Shown here: one piece after another, positions 63,978 to 64,000 of the stretch | How the letters are laid out: every line of letters starts with the position of its first letter | How positions within the stretch are numbered: the stretch's first letter is position 1 | From: Kiritimatiellia bacterium | GTDB lineage: Bacteria; Verrucomicrobiota; Kiritimatiellia; RFP12; UBA1067 | Reading direction: 5' to 3' | DNA length: 64,000 bases | NCBI GenBank assembly: GCA_050949565.1 | Contig: JBMNFY010000017.1 | Coordinates: forward strand, 1,472,001-1,536,000 | Program-made: the position numbers and the translations under genes | The notes under the pieces: model-generated | Database searches by the model: none | Told to the model about the DNA's origin: nothing | The model's input: the letters and a program-made list of their open reading frames with translations, nothing else

Positions 63978-64000
63978 GAGGCTCGTGCAAAACCCTCGTG
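63978..64000 (+). mobile_element. Probable end of another copy or derivative of the 43709-45360 IS, cut by the window edge
   Basis: GAGGCTCGTGCAAAACCCTCGTG resembles the reverse complement of the IS right end, GAGGCTCTTGCAAAACCCCCTCGTG. Confidence 0.6.

Overview
64 kb of a high-GC bacterial chromosome. Gene content (Amuc_1102-like/pilM pair, HzsA-like haem protein, PATR/LamG exoproteins, Tat-type Gfo/Idh/MocA enzyme) suggests a PVC-superphylum organism, probably Kiritimatiellota; this is an inference. Housekeeping genes (pilM, cimA, aspartokinase, hom, uxaC, dnaG, lptF/G, nfnAB, mutL, mnmE, tex) alternate with accessory DNA: a sugar-acid/lactonase block, a BsuBI/PstI-type restriction-modification pair, an IS1182/IS5-like element and three very large secreted proteins. 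No rRNA, tRNA or CRISPR array was seen. The main unexplained signals are: (1) three otherwise different giant exoproteins ending in the same short motif, G-[TS]-x-L-x-L-[RQ]-stop, with no beta-barrel or PEP-CTERM, a candidate lineage-specific sorting signal; (2) transposase-free gene blocks bracketed by long inverted repeats with TTAG/CTAA at or near their ends (the RM pair, 40/45 bp; the uxaC-lactonase-Gfo block, 25/25 bp); (3) many nested 6-9 nt tandem-repeat modules and REP-like palindromes that fill intergenic gaps and often supply stop codons; (4) a sigma54-driven, membrane-anchored Hsp20 opposite a two-component system. Several single-base indels in the big genes suggest imperfect long-read consensus, so frameshift and junction calls need read-level checks. 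All family assignments are from motif recognition only; no database search was run.
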